A stretch of DNA of 36,751 nt, taken from IMG/VR virus record IMGVR_UViG_3300045988_077255. One strand, written 5' to 3'. This DNA is from a virus. Shown here one piece after another: positions 1-9,600 of this stretch (position 1 is its first letter; each line of letters starts with the position of its first letter). Under the pieces are notes generated by a model. It saw only the letters and a program-made list of their open reading frames with translations. It was not told where the DNA came from and did no database searches. The position numbers and the translations under genes were made by a program.

Positions 1-24
1 ACTATGCAACACGAAATGCAACAC

Positions 25-54
25 AAAATAAAAAAAGTACCGTAAATACAGTAC
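25..54 (-). terminator. Rho-independent terminator of the target tRNA (copy within repeat 1)
   Basis: Minus strand reads GUACUGU-AUUU-ACGGUAC (7-bp stem, one G.U) followed by UUUUUUUAUUUU, directly 3' of the tRNA end. Confidence 0.6.
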
Positions 55-62
55 TTTTAAAG

Positions 63-85
63 CAGGGGATGAGGGATTCGAACCC
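63..85 (-). tRNA. tRNA 3' fragment (T-loop, T-stem 3' strand, acceptor 3' strand), duplicated copy
   Basis: Minus strand reads GGG-TTCGAAT-CCCTC-ATCCCCT-G. This gives a canonical T-loop, a 7-nt acceptor strand implying A1:U72, and discriminator G73. Confidence 0.55.
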
Positions 86-130
86 ATAACAGCGATATTG
101 TTTAAATTTAACTAATTATTTGAAAGCCGT

Positions 131-155
131 AAAAGTACCGTAAATACAGTACTTT
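131..155. repeat. Internal second copy of the att-repeat hairpin element (B')
   Basis: AAAAGTACCGTAAATACAGTACTTT at 131..155 equals 33..57. Confidence 0.85.
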
Positions 156-204
156 CATGATTTTCAATTCCGTTTTAACATGATTATTTATGTTAAAATA
201 TAAC

Positions 205-228
205 ACTATGCAACACGAAATGCAACAC
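205..228. repeat. Internal second copy of the att-repeat distal element (A'), carrying 2 x ATGCAACAC
   Basis: ACTATGCAACACGAAATGCAACAC at 205..228 equals 1..24 and 36667..36690. Confidence 0.85.
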
Positions 229-386
229 GGAGATGATACAATTTTTAGTTGCCAGCAAATTGATAGTAATTTTATGCTGGCAACTATTGTCAGACAATTC
301 ACTCAAAAATTTATTTGAAAACATCCATTTAAATAGGTAGAAACTCGACTTTGTTAGTCTAAGATTAGCCTAAGCAGAAACTTAAC

Positions 387-1130
387 TCAAATTGCAATCA
401 AGTCACGCCACATGTCCTGTCCACAGATGCCATCGCCTCTACCATTTCCGATTTTCTTACCCTGTTTCATTCGTTCTACTTGATATTTGTTGACAGCGTT
501 CATAAGCTGTTTTCCAAATACTCTATCTAACTTCCCATCATAGTATCCTCGTGCTTTCAGAATCTCTTCTAAAAGCAATACACTTGTGTTGCAATCTCCA
601 GCTTTACAGCTTTTCGGTTCGAACATATATTGTACCTCCTTTGCTGTCGTATTTACTGTTGTATTAGATGCGCTAGTATTAGTATTATTTGTACTCTTTG
701 CATTAGCAATTTCTGTAAAAGGGAAATTTTTCCCTGGGCAATTTGTTGAGCATACTTCTCTATGAGCCTGTACTTTGCTAATTTTATATTTCTGCTTAAG
801 ATAAGCTACAAGCTCTTTTCCGGCATTAATCTGCGCCTGAGGCATAGTTTCCGTCATATAAGAACCCTCGAAACAAATTCCAATGCTATCAGAATTTGAG
901 CCAGATGCGTGTGCTCCTATTTTGCCTTCCGGACGCAATCTGTAAACAGTTCCATCTTTTCTCACAAGAAAGTGATATCCTGCTCCAGACCAACCATTAT
1001 TCAGATGCCACTGGTGAATATCCTGTGCAGTGCAATTGCTAGCTTCTGCGTGATGAATAATAATTCTGTTTGTACTGTTTCTATTTGTCAAAGCAGTTCT
1101 GAACTTTAAATTTGTTTCAATAATATTCAT
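387..1130 (-). CDS. Endolysin, N-acetylmuramoyl-L-alanine amidase (Amidase_2/PGRP type) with C-terminal PG_binding_1-like domain
   Basis: Track ORF is 387..1154 (TTG start). ATG at 1130 behind AGAGGAG is more likely. Motifs: IIIHHAEA, GYHFLV, IGAHA, GICFEG. A T/N-rich linker precedes LLLEEILKARGYYDGKLDRVFG. Confidence 0.9.
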   Translation of the reverse strand: MNIIETNLKFRTALTNRNSTNRIIIHHAEASNCTAQDIHQWHLNNGWSGAGYHFLVRKDGTVYRLRPEGKIGAHASGSNSDSIGICFEGSYMTETMPQAQINAGKELVAYLKQKYKISKVQAHREVCSTNCPGKNFPFTEIANAKSTNNTNTSASNTTVNTTAKEVQYMFEPKSCKAGDCNTSVLLLEEILKARGYYDGKLDRVFGKQLMNAVNKYQVERMKQGKKIGNGRGDGICGQDMWRDLIAI

Positions 1131-1182
1131 GCCAATCTCCTCTTTGTTCTTCAAAAAAAGAGGGCTTTTCTGCCCTCTAAGT

Positions 1183-1518
1183 TTATTTTTTATTGTATTT
1201 ACTTCTGTTCCAGATTTTTGTAATCCGTTCCCATCCTCCTGTGCTTACTAAATACACAATAAAAGCAGCAATCATGGCAGCAAAAATATAATACCACTCA
1301 ATCACTACTTTATAGTAAGTGCACAAGATAATTACGCTAATTGGTGTCAAAATCAATGCTGTGACTAATGCAATGACATTTGTCTGAATCTTTTTAAGAC
1401 CCGGCATTTCTTTGATTGACTGTACAATTACACTTACCAAAAAAGCAAGAACTCCGATTCCTGTCAGCAAGTAACTCATATACTGCAATAGCATCTCTGC
1501 ACTAATTACTCTTTCCAT
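1183..1518 (-). CDS. Holin
   Basis: 111 aa with 3-4 hydrophobic helices and a Lys-rich C-terminal tail. It sits directly upstream of the amidase. Confidence 0.7.
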   Translation of the reverse strand: MERVISAEMLLQYMSYLLTGIGVLAFLVSVIVQSIKEMPGLKKIQTNVIALVTALILTPISVIILCTYYKVVIEWYYIFAAMIAAFIVYLVSTGGWERITKIWNRSKYNKK

Positions 1519-1747
1519 TCTGAACCTCTCTTTCTAATTCTTCCAAACTATCAATTCTGTGATGAGCAGACCGTGTGGACTGCTCTACCACTACCATTCT
1601 CTCAATCAGATTATTATGTTTCTTTACTTTTTCTTCCAACTGTTCAATGCGATACATTGTCAGCTTATTCGCCGTCATAATCCCCGCAAGAGACCCTGCA
1701 AGTGTGCCAAGCAAGGAGCAGACAGCAACTACAACTTCTGGTTGCAT
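1502..1747 (-). CDS. Small membrane/coiled-coil lysis-cassette protein
   Basis: Track ORF is 1502..1777. ATG at 1747 lies behind AGGAGGTGG. One N-terminal TM helix then a coiled coil (IEQLEEKVKKHNNLIERM). It overlaps the holin start. Confidence 0.5.
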   Translation of the reverse strand: MQPEVVVAVCSLLGTLAGSLAGIMTANKLTMYRIEQLEEKVKKHNNLIERMVVVEQSTRSAHHRIDSLEELEREVQNGKSN

Positions 1748-1758
1748 TGCGCCACCTC

Positions 1759-2199
1759 CTATGCTAATACCCAACAAAGATTAATATAATATTCTTTATT
1801 AGTCTCTGATAATTGTGAGTCATTCACAAGAGCTACTACTCCATCTGTATTAATTCCGATGTTTCCGTAGCGCAAATCATATCGAGGAGCAAGGAGGCGC
1901 ACATAGCGATTCGGGCGATAACCCGCTGGAATCGTTGCAAGTGTTGCACCTGCCGCTGTTGCGCTTGTTTTTAATCTTCCTAATGCAACCACAATATTGC
2001 CATGCTTTCTAAGTGTGATATCTCCTGTGCTTCCGCTTGCTAATGTTGCTTTTGCTGTCGTGCCGTTAAAAATCGCTTCCGCTGTTGTTGTAGAATTATC
2101 TGAGTTTGTATGTGCTACCTGTGCCGAATCTGTTTTGTGATGGTATTCATCCCATGTACTTCCATTAAAAATTTTAAAAATTGCTTTCTTAATTGCCAT
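1759..2199 (-). CDS. Hypothetical fibre-module protein
   Basis: 146 aa with RBS TAGGAGG. It is the last gene of the tail-fibre block. No motif was recognised. Confidence 0.5.
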   Translation of the reverse strand: MAIKKAIFKIFNGSTWDEYHHKTDSAQVAHTNSDNSTTTAEAIFNGTTAKATLASGSTGDITLRKHGNIVVALGRLKTSATAAGATLATIPAGYRPNRYVRLLAPRYDLRYGNIGINTDGVVALVNDSQLSETNKEYYINLCWVLA

Positions 2200-2213
2200 T
2201 CTTTTACCTCCTA

Positions 2214-2390
2214 CTATATATTAATCCAAACAGTTCCAGTTGCGACTCCGGTCGGAGCAGATGTTTGAGTATAAATTTTTGTTCCATCTGCACCTTTAGG
2301 ACCAGCCGGTCCCGTTGCTCCTTTTTGTCCAGTATCTCCTTTCGGTCCAGTCGCTCCAACTACTCTACCTAAATCAACTGTGCTTGCCAT
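2214..2390 (-). CDS. Small collagen-like protein (58 aa), not in the ORF track
   Basis: ATG at 2390 behind GGAGGTAAGAA. Reads MASTVDLGRVVG, then about 8 G-X-Y triplets, then TKIYTQTSAPTGVATGTVWINI, then TAG at 2214..2216. The N-terminus is paralogous to that of 2409..4004. Confidence 0.6.
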   Translation of the reverse strand: MASTVDLGRVVGATGPKGDTGQKGATGPAGPKGADGTKIYTQTSAPTGVATGTVWINI

Positions 2391-2408
2391 TTCTTACCTC
2401 CATTTTAC

Positions 2409-4004
2409 TTACGGATAAATTGCAATCAAATGTCCATTCGAATCAATCTGAAACGTCGGGCTATCACCTTTATCGCCTTTGTCGCCTTTTGCTCCGGTTG
2501 CACCGGTGGCACCTTTTGCACCTGTATCTCCCTTATCTCCTTTAGCTCCGGTTGCACCGGTGGCGCCTTTTGCTGCTATCTGTAACCAATAAGTCGTATT
2601 CGTTGGAATGATACTAGAAGAAGCAGTGTGGCTCTTGATACAGGCATAGGTATTGCCATTGTATGTAACGATATCAATATAAGATGTATCATTCACATAA
2701 GCAGTTCCGGATGCCCATGCATTTTTCAGTCTCATACTGACACCGGTCGAACCTTTTGCTCCGGTATCTCCCTTTGCTCCAGTTGCGCCAGTGTTTCCGG
2801 TTGCTCCTTTTGCTGCAATTTGAGTCCAGTATGTAGTATTTGTCGGAACGATGTTGGAAGAAGCAGTATGACCTTTTGCACAAGCATAAGTACTGCCGTT
2901 GTAAGTCACAATATCAATATACGTCCCATCATTGACATAAGCAGTTCCAGATGCCCATGCGCCTTTCAAACGCATACTCACACCTTTTGCACCTTGTGCC
3001 CCCTGCGGTCCCTGCGCTCCAATCGGTCCTTGCGCACCTGTCTCGCCTTTTGCACCTGTCGCTCCAGTAGCTCCTGTTGCCCCCTTGATATTGCCGGTCT
3101 TCGACCATGCACCAGAGGCTCTTTTATATACATCAAAATTCGATGTATTTAAGAAGAAATCTCCGTCTTTTCCCTGTGATGCAGATGGTGCAGCTGTTCC
3201 GGTCAACCATGTTGCCCCATCTGCTCCTTTTGCACCAGTCGCACCAGTTGCACCCTTGTCACCTTTTGCTCCTGTCGCACCGGTATCGCCTTTTGCTCCT
3301 TTCTCACCTTTTGGTCCTTGTAAGTCAACAACCATCTGAAAACCGGAGATATGTACTTTGTATCCTGCCGGAAGTCCTGCTTTTAACTTAATTCCTTTTC
3401 CATCTGAGTTTTCAGTAAATGTCGTTCCATCCTGTCGTACACCATCAACATATACTTCCAGAGCATTTCTATTCAACGGAAACTGATAATCTGTCCAAGA
3501 AAAAGAAGTTTGCCCCTCTGTAGAGGTAAAAATCTTCTCAAAGCGAATATAGCTTTCTGTACTTCCTGCCGGCCCCTGAACACCTCGTTCACCTTTTGGT
3601 CCCTGTGGTCCAGTCGCACCGGTATCACCTTTGTCACCTTTTACACCCTGAATACCCTGTGGTCCCTGAATACCTTGGTCTCCTTTATCGCCTTTCGGTC
3701 CTTGAATGCCTCGTGCACCAGATAAGTCAACGATATAAGTATAGGCACTTGAATTTTTACAATATAATTTACCGGTATCCACATCATCTACACTCCCGGT
3801 ATCAATCATGACAAAACTTCCTACGCTTACTCCATCTGTAGAATATCCAGCATTCATGGCTGATACACTTTTGTAAATTTTAGCGATTTTAAACGGCTCT
3901 CCCGGGTCACCTTTTAGCCCCTGCTTTCCTTGAGGTCCCTGTGGTCCCTGTGCTCCTTGCGGTCCCTGCGGACCGATTACTTTACCTAAATCAACTGTAC
4001 TCAT
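2409..4004 (-). CDS. Collagen-like tail fibre / receptor-binding protein with two tandem CBM5/12 (ChtBD3)-like modules
   Basis: 531 aa with several G-X-Y tracts. A duplicated ~70-aa unit reads AWASGTAYVND..YIDIVTYNG.TYAC.K.HTASS.I.PTNTTYW.QI, matching the chitin-binding type 3 pattern. Confidence 0.85.
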   Translation of the reverse strand: MSTVDLGKVIGPQGPQGAQGPQGPQGKQGLKGDPGEPFKIAKIYKSVSAMNAGYSTDGVSVGSFVMIDTGSVDDVDTGKLYCKNSSAYTYIVDLSGARGIQGPKGDKGDQGIQGPQGIQGVKGDKGDTGATGPQGPKGERGVQGPAGSTESYIRFEKIFTSTEGQTSFSWTDYQFPLNRNALEVYVDGVRQDGTTFTENSDGKGIKLKAGLPAGYKVHISGFQMVVDLQGPKGEKGAKGDTGATGAKGDKGATGATGAKGADGATWLTGTAAPSASQGKDGDFFLNTSNFDVYKRASGAWSKTGNIKGATGATGATGAKGETGAQGPIGAQGPQGAQGAKGVSMRLKGAWASGTAYVNDGTYIDIVTYNGSTYACAKGHTASSNIVPTNTTYWTQIAAKGATGNTGATGAKGDTGAKGSTGVSMRLKNAWASGTAYVNDTSYIDIVTYNGNTYACIKSHTASSSIIPTNTTYWLQIAAKGATGATGAKGDKGDTGAKGATGATGAKGDKGDKGDSPTFQIDSNGHLIAIYP

Positions 4005-4015
4005 TATTTACTCCT

Positions 4016-5194
4016 TTAATCTTCATAAATTGCAATCAAATGTCCATCGGTATTTATCATCATCTGAGGTGTTTTTCCATCTTCTCCTTTTATTCCCTGA
4101 ATCCCCTCTACCAACTGCATAGAAGTGGTGGAAATATCTGAGATTTTTTCTAAGATGGTTTTCTGTGTCGTTCCAAATGTCGGTGAAATAGAATATCCAT
4201 TCTCGTCAAAAGTCTCTGTCGTCTCAACAATTCTCTCATTCATGTTTACTGCATATTCACGGTCAACCGTTACAACGATATCTCCGATATCCCATTTAAT
4301 TTTATACTGGGAAGAATCCACTTCTGAGGAGTAAGTGTCATTACAAGCACATTCTGCCAGTTTTGACTTTCCTCTATCTGGAAGTGCTGTATCATCTTCT
4401 ATATCTCTTGCATCAACAAACAGCTCATACCGCTCTAATCCAGAATTTTCATTTCCAACATAACGAATACGGCGCTCTGCTCCCTCTCCCTGTCCTGCTA
4501 CAATCGCAGTATTTTTATATTCAGAAATATCTGAGATAAATTCCCGATTTGTGACATTATCATAATCTACATTAAAAATCATTGGTGGACGATTGCTTTG
4601 ATTCGCAGAACGGTCAACTCCCTCTAAAACTTCAAATAAAAGCTGTTGGTTTTCCGGAATTAGTGAAATACTCACACCAAGCCCCGATGCTTCGCATAGA
4701 GCGGTTACTGCCTCATCTAAATTGTCATACCTGGTCTGGTAATACACTCTGTCGCCACGTCCTGAGGATGCTTTCACCTTTAAAAATGGAATATTTCGCT
4801 TTGTATCTGTCGCATTTGTGGCATTCGCTTTTACTAGACTGCAGATAATATTTTCTGCAGTGTCATGAAAACTATGATATGCAAGCCCTTTCGGAGGGTA
4901 CGTTATACGCTGCGTTAACAAATGCAACAGTGTATATCCACTGATGGTTGCGGGTGTACTAGAATTATCATCGTCAGAACATTCAATTCTCTTGATAATT
5001 CCAGTTTTCTTCCTGTCATTATCCAGCATAATATAGTTCCCTATTTTCATCTGCTTCGTAATTCTATACACAAAAATTTGGAACGTCCCGTATTTTGTCC
5101 AGCGTGTAATAAATTCCAACCCCTCATAAGCATCCAGTTCACCGATAAATTTCAAGTTTTTATCAAAAAATCTTACGTTAATTCGTTTATCCAT
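4016..5194 (-). CDS. Tail/baseplate protein (Siphovirus ReqiPepy6 Gp37-like) with short C-terminal collagen stretch
   Basis: Track ORF is 4016..5251. ATG at 5194 (MDKRINVRFFDKNLKFIGELD) overlaps the upstream stop. The C-terminus reads GIQGIKGEDG...TDGHLIAIYED. Confidence 0.65.
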   Translation of the reverse strand: MDKRINVRFFDKNLKFIGELDAYEGLEFITRWTKYGTFQIFVYRITKQMKIGNYIMLDNDRKKTGIIKRIECSDDDNSSTPATISGYTLLHLLTQRITYPPKGLAYHSFHDTAENIICSLVKANATNATDTKRNIPFLKVKASSGRGDRVYYQTRYDNLDEAVTALCEASGLGVSISLIPENQQLLFEVLEGVDRSANQSNRPPMIFNVDYDNVTNREFISDISEYKNTAIVAGQGEGAERRIRYVGNENSGLERYELFVDARDIEDDTALPDRGKSKLAECACNDTYSSEVDSSQYKIKWDIGDIVVTVDREYAVNMNERIVETTETFDENGYSISPTFGTTQKTILEKISDISTTSMQLVEGIQGIKGEDGKTPQMMINTDGHLIAIYED

Positions 5195-5796
5195 ATACTT
5201 CCGCTCACCGCCCCTGATGGTGTTGTGCTCTGTGTATAGATGTTTCGCCATCCTGTTCCTTGCTGTTGTTTAAACCACTCGTCAAACAGACGCTGATTTT
5301 CTTTCATTGCGGCATTATAAGCAGTTAAAGTTTTTGGACGAATTGCACCGCATACAAGATTATTCGACCTCTCATCTCTTTCAAGTGTAATTCCTCCGTT
5401 TTTAGTCACTCTATACTGTCCTAATGACAATTCATAAATAGAATCCGTTCTTGTAAGCGCCGGTGTTGATGGAGCACTGGATGCACCGCCAGCTCTTACA
5501 AGCAGTCTCACAGATGATTGAGCAACATTCAACTGCAAAATCACTCTATATTTTTTTGAATAATTTACATCCGGAGAAAGCTGGAACTCTTTTGGCGAAT
5601 CATTATAATGATAAAAACCTTTTAAAATAGCAAATCCTTTTCCTACCGTCACTTTTCCGGAACTGATTGCAATTGGGTACTGCATAGAACCATCAGAATT
5701 TACTGCAATTCCGGATTCATAGATATTATCAAAATACCGGTTAAATTCTTCCTGCCCATATTCCGTACCCCCATTAAAAAATCCATAATATTCCAT
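5173..5796 (-). CDS. Hypothetical baseplate/tail protein
   Basis: 207 aa, tightly packed between the Dit-like and Gp37-like genes. Confidence 0.6.
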   Translation of the reverse strand: MEYYGFFNGGTEYGQEEFNRYFDNIYESGIAVNSDGSMQYPIAISSGKVTVGKGFAILKGFYHYNDSPKEFQLSPDVNYSKKYRVILQLNVAQSSVRLLVRAGGASSAPSTPALTRTDSIYELSLGQYRVTKNGGITLERDERSNNLVCGAIRPKTLTAYNAAMKENQRLFDEWFKQQQGTGWRNIYTQSTTPSGAVSGSIWINELT

Positions 5797-5797
5797 T

Positions 5798-6640
5798 TTA
5801 CACTCCTATATATCTGTTTTTGTATCGTACTTCCACGGACTGAGGGTCTAAACCGTTTTCAGACGTATATTCAAGCATGTTATCACCTACTTGCAAGGAG
5901 AAAAATACAGACTGCAGATCAATGTAATCAAATGCATCTGTGCTTACTCCACCTCTTATAATTTCAACTTTCTTCTGTCCAAAAGCAGTATTGATATACA
6001 AAATATCATCCGAAGTCAGTTCCCTCTTAATTCGGATAAATTCTCCTGTAGACAAATTCGTAATCTTAGGATTAACTGCCGGTCCGTGAAAATAAATTTC
6101 AATAGGTGCTTCTGTATGTCCGGAATTAAAGACGTTCTTTTTAGGTTCTCCCCTCTCTTTGAGCTTAAAAGGGAGCGTGAATTTCCACGCCCACCCTTTT
6201 ACCCATGTAGAAATTGCCTCTCCAGTCTGCACAATGTCCTTGAACATTGGATCCATACAGGAAAGTTCTATTTCAAATTCAAGAACATCATAAATATTCT
6301 GACTTGTAAAACGAAAACTTTCTACTTCGTATTCAATTTCTCTTTCCACACCAAGATGATTCACCGTTAAAATTCCGGAAGAAAACGGACTGAAAAAACG
6401 GATTAATTCCTGACGCTTATCGGATTTATCCTCGTTTCCGAGATAATCCGCTGAAATAGCAATCGGTCTTGAAAGAACTTTTTTTCGCTTTAACCGTTCT
6501 CCAATAAAGTTCGAATTTACGCTTTTTTCCAGTTCATAATCTGTTGCTTCAATTCCGGAATATTCTGTTACACCAAAATCTGGCTCATCTAGTACAAGCG
6601 TCTCTTCTCCTTTCGAAAAGCTAAACACTATCCTATTCAA
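5798..6640 (-). CDS. Distal tail protein (Sipho_tail family, Dit-like)
   Basis: 280 aa, immediately downstream of the TMP with a 4-nt overlap. This is the typical position and size. Confidence 0.7.
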   Translation of the reverse strand: MNRIVFSFSKGEETLVLDEPDFGVTEYSGIEATDYELEKSVNSNFIGERLKRKKVLSRPIAISADYLGNEDKSDKRQELIRFFSPFSSGILTVNHLGVEREIEYEVESFRFTSQNIYDVLEFEIELSCMDPMFKDIVQTGEAISTWVKGWAWKFTLPFKLKERGEPKKNVFNSGHTEAPIEIYFHGPAVNPKITNLSTGEFIRIKRELTSDDILYINTAFGQKKVEIIRGGVSTDAFDYIDLQSVFFSLQVGDNMLEYTSENGLDPQSVEVRYKNRYIGV

Positions 6641-9600
6641 GTTAATGCCAACCTCCTTGCTTCTTTTCTGAGAGCACGGCTCATCTCTACTGGAGACTGA
6701 ACTGGCTGATAGAAATTAATCTCCTGTTTCACTTCTGTATTTTGAGAAGCTGCATGTCCGTAAGCCTGTGGTGCTCTTTCGAGCATTTTGTTTGTCGTGA
6801 TTCTGGAAACTGTTTCACTTACTGCTCCTCTCATCATTCCAAGCAGAGACTTTACATCCACCTGCATGGCATCGGTTACCATTTCCGCAGCCTGTGTTAC
6901 AACAGAAGTATTATCTTCCATTCCTCCACTGATACCGTAATCAAACATCTTACCAATCCAGGCGCCCACTCGTGATGGAGAATGAATTTGTAAGTTTGCT
7001 TTTGCCGCATTAGCTGCCGCACTTGCTACAGATGCCGCTGCGCTTGCAACCCCATAACCGCCCGCACGAATACCATTCGCAAAGCCATTTGAGAAGTTTA
7101 CTCCAATCGAATAACTGCCACCGGAATTGTTTGCCAGAGCGTCTCTTGCTCCACTTCCAAGAGAAGCCGCTACCGATGAAGCACTACCTTTCTTTTCATT
7201 AATTCCGTCTACAAAGCTGGAACCCAGTTTGTTTCCTTGAGTTTTTGCAGAATTTGCGACATTTGCACCGCTTAATCCTTTTGTCGCTGCTGTTCCAAGT
7301 CCTCTTGCTGCCGATGAAGCACTATTTGTTCCATTCCGGATTCCAGCCGCAAACTGATTTGTCGCTGTTTTTGCCTGCTGAGTAAAATTACTCGGAATGT
7401 TCGTTCCTTTTAAGGAATTTTTTGCAGAGTTTCCAAGTGCTGATGCAGATGCTTTTGTACTTCCCTGCCCTGCAGATAACGTTCTTGCGAAGTTCTGCGT
7501 TGCCGATGTTGCTGCGGTTTGATAGTTTCCGGCAACAGACATGTTTCCAAGACCGGATTTTGCCGCATTTCCAAGTGCTGACGCTGCCGATGAAGCACTA
7601 CCAGCTCCACTGTTCAAGCTATTTACAAGCCCTGATACTGCACTTTGAGACTGGGAAGAAAATGTTCCTGGCATATTTCCGGCAACAATCCCGGTATTTG
7701 CTGCGTTTCCAAGAGCCGATGCTGACAACTGCATAGATTCTGCACTGCTCAACAAATATGTATTCGCTGCTGATGCGGCGGCAGATGCATTTGAGCCAAA
7801 CACTGCCGGCATGTCTGCCGCCGTAAATCCAGTTGCACCAGACTGAGCAACTGTTAATGCCGCCATATACAGTTCTTCCTGATGTGCAAGCACTTCCTCT
7901 ACTGTCATTCCGCACGCTTTTGCCGCCGCAAACACTGCTCCGGAATAATCTGTTTCCGTAAATCCTCGTGTAATTGCACTTGCACTGTTTCCTGCCGCTG
8001 TCCGAATAAAATCCTCACCAGTTTCAAGCTGATTGATTGTGGAATCAACTGCATCACTTGCTTTCTGAGCAGGAGTAGTCTGCGTATCAACTTCATCAAT
8101 GCCTTGAATCAACTGTTCGATTGCTTCTGTTCCGACATCACCAAGTGCACCACTATCTTTTAAGTAGGTAGCAAATGTCTTTATGATTTCTTCTGATGTC
8201 ATAGATGAAACATTCTGAAATTCTGGAACTTTATCTTTCATTCCTTCCATTGCTTCGCTCATGCCAGAAGCTAACGCTTCTTTTCCCTCTGGACCCAGTT
8301 TTTCAATATTATTAATTGCATTTGTAATTGCTTCCTGGAGAGTCTTTGGAATTTCTCCACCAGAGACTTTGATCTCCTCTGCTGCCATTCTGAAACCTTG
8401 CGACATTTTTGCATAATCAGTAGATTCAAGTGCTTTTTCTATTACATCCTGACTATACTTTACAGCTTTTGCTGCTTTATCTGATTCTGTTGGAATCTTT
8501 GCATAAGCATCCAATGCTTTTTGAATACTTTCTGGTGTTCCCTCTCCAAGCAAATCCATAACTTGGTCCAGGGAACTGGTTTGAACCTCTGCTTTTTTTG
8601 CTTCCTTTGTAGCCTCAGAAAGATTTTCTCTTGTATCTTCAAGATTTTCATTTGCCTCTTTAAATGCCTTTTTAGCATTTCCATCCCATGTTTTCGTATA
8701 CTCTTCTAACGCTTTTGCATACTCGTCTAATGCTTTATTATACTGGTTCTGGGCTTTTGTTAAATCTGCCTGTATTTCAGACTGTTTCTGCAAATTATCG
8801 GCATATTGGTTTGTTACAGCTTCCTGAACAGCTTTCTTTTTCAAGCTACGCACATATTCATCAATGGACTGTGTTACATCTCCAAGAGACTGCTTCACAC
8901 CCTCATTATTCTGAATAAATCCATCTGCGGTAATGGAATACTCTGTTCCCATTGCCTCATTTAGCTGATTCAAAATAGAGCCTGCAAGCTGTTCACAGCC
9001 TTGTTTCATCTTTCCGGTTTCATCAAAGGCTTCTGACAATTTACCTTTCAGACGTTCCAGAGGAGCCGCGGAACTTTCTGCTGAGTTATTTGTGCTTTCA
9101 ATCGAACTGGATAACTCGTCTAATTCATTTCGATTCTTCTCAATCGAAGCGGATAAGTTATCAATTTCTTTCTGGAATGCAACCTGTTCTTTGCTTGCCT
9201 CATTTGATTTAAGTGCAAGAAAGGCAATTCCACCTGCCAGTGCACCAATTCCGATTGCAATCATTGCCGCTGGATTTGCGCTCATCACCGCATTTAATGC
9301 AGCCATTACTCCACCAGCTTCGGAAGATACTCTGCTTAACTTCGTAATTACAGATACAACTGTTGTAACCGGTCCGCTGACTGTTTTAAAAGTCTTAAAA
9401 GCAGCTACAAGCGAAACAGTAACAGGTGCTATTTTATCCATATTGTCAGCAAGTTTAATGAATATTTTTCCAAGTCCGCTTACGTTTGGTTCTGCAATCT
9501 TTACAATACTTTTTAATCCAGCATCGAACGTCCGTTTTAAAGCGTCCATTCCTTTTTTGGCTGGATCCTGCATTTTCTTTGGCAAAAGTTTAATGAGTCC

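Larger units (their letters stand above)
1..85. repeat. Direct terminal repeat copy 1 (att core or contig-closing repeat)
   Basis: Bases 1..85 are identical to 36667..36751. Identity stops at 86, where phage-specific sequence ATAACAGCG begins. Confidence 0.9.

Noticed and set aside
108-302. 64-aa minus-strand ORF in the att arm
   Set aside because: It has a Cys/Ile-rich, improbable composition, a non-ATG start and no RBS. It spans the repeated att sub-elements and an inverted repeat, so the region is more likely regulatory DNA.
2590-2990. Diversity-generating retroelement (TR/VR pair) as an explanation for the duplicated CBM-like units
   Set aside because: No reverse transcriptase is present anywhere in the window. 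The two copies differ at all base types rather than only at adenines, and both are in-frame parts of one protein. This is an ordinary diverged tandem duplication.
2315-3811. Multiple plus-strand and alternative-frame ORFs inside the collagen-like fibre gene (2315..2545, 2628..3152, 2689..2883, 3085..3339, 3107..3391, 3510..3725, 3596..3811)
   Set aside because: The G-X-Y codon periodicity keeps several frames open. These ORFs have low-complexity products and no RBS, and they lie entirely within a well-supported minus-strand gene.
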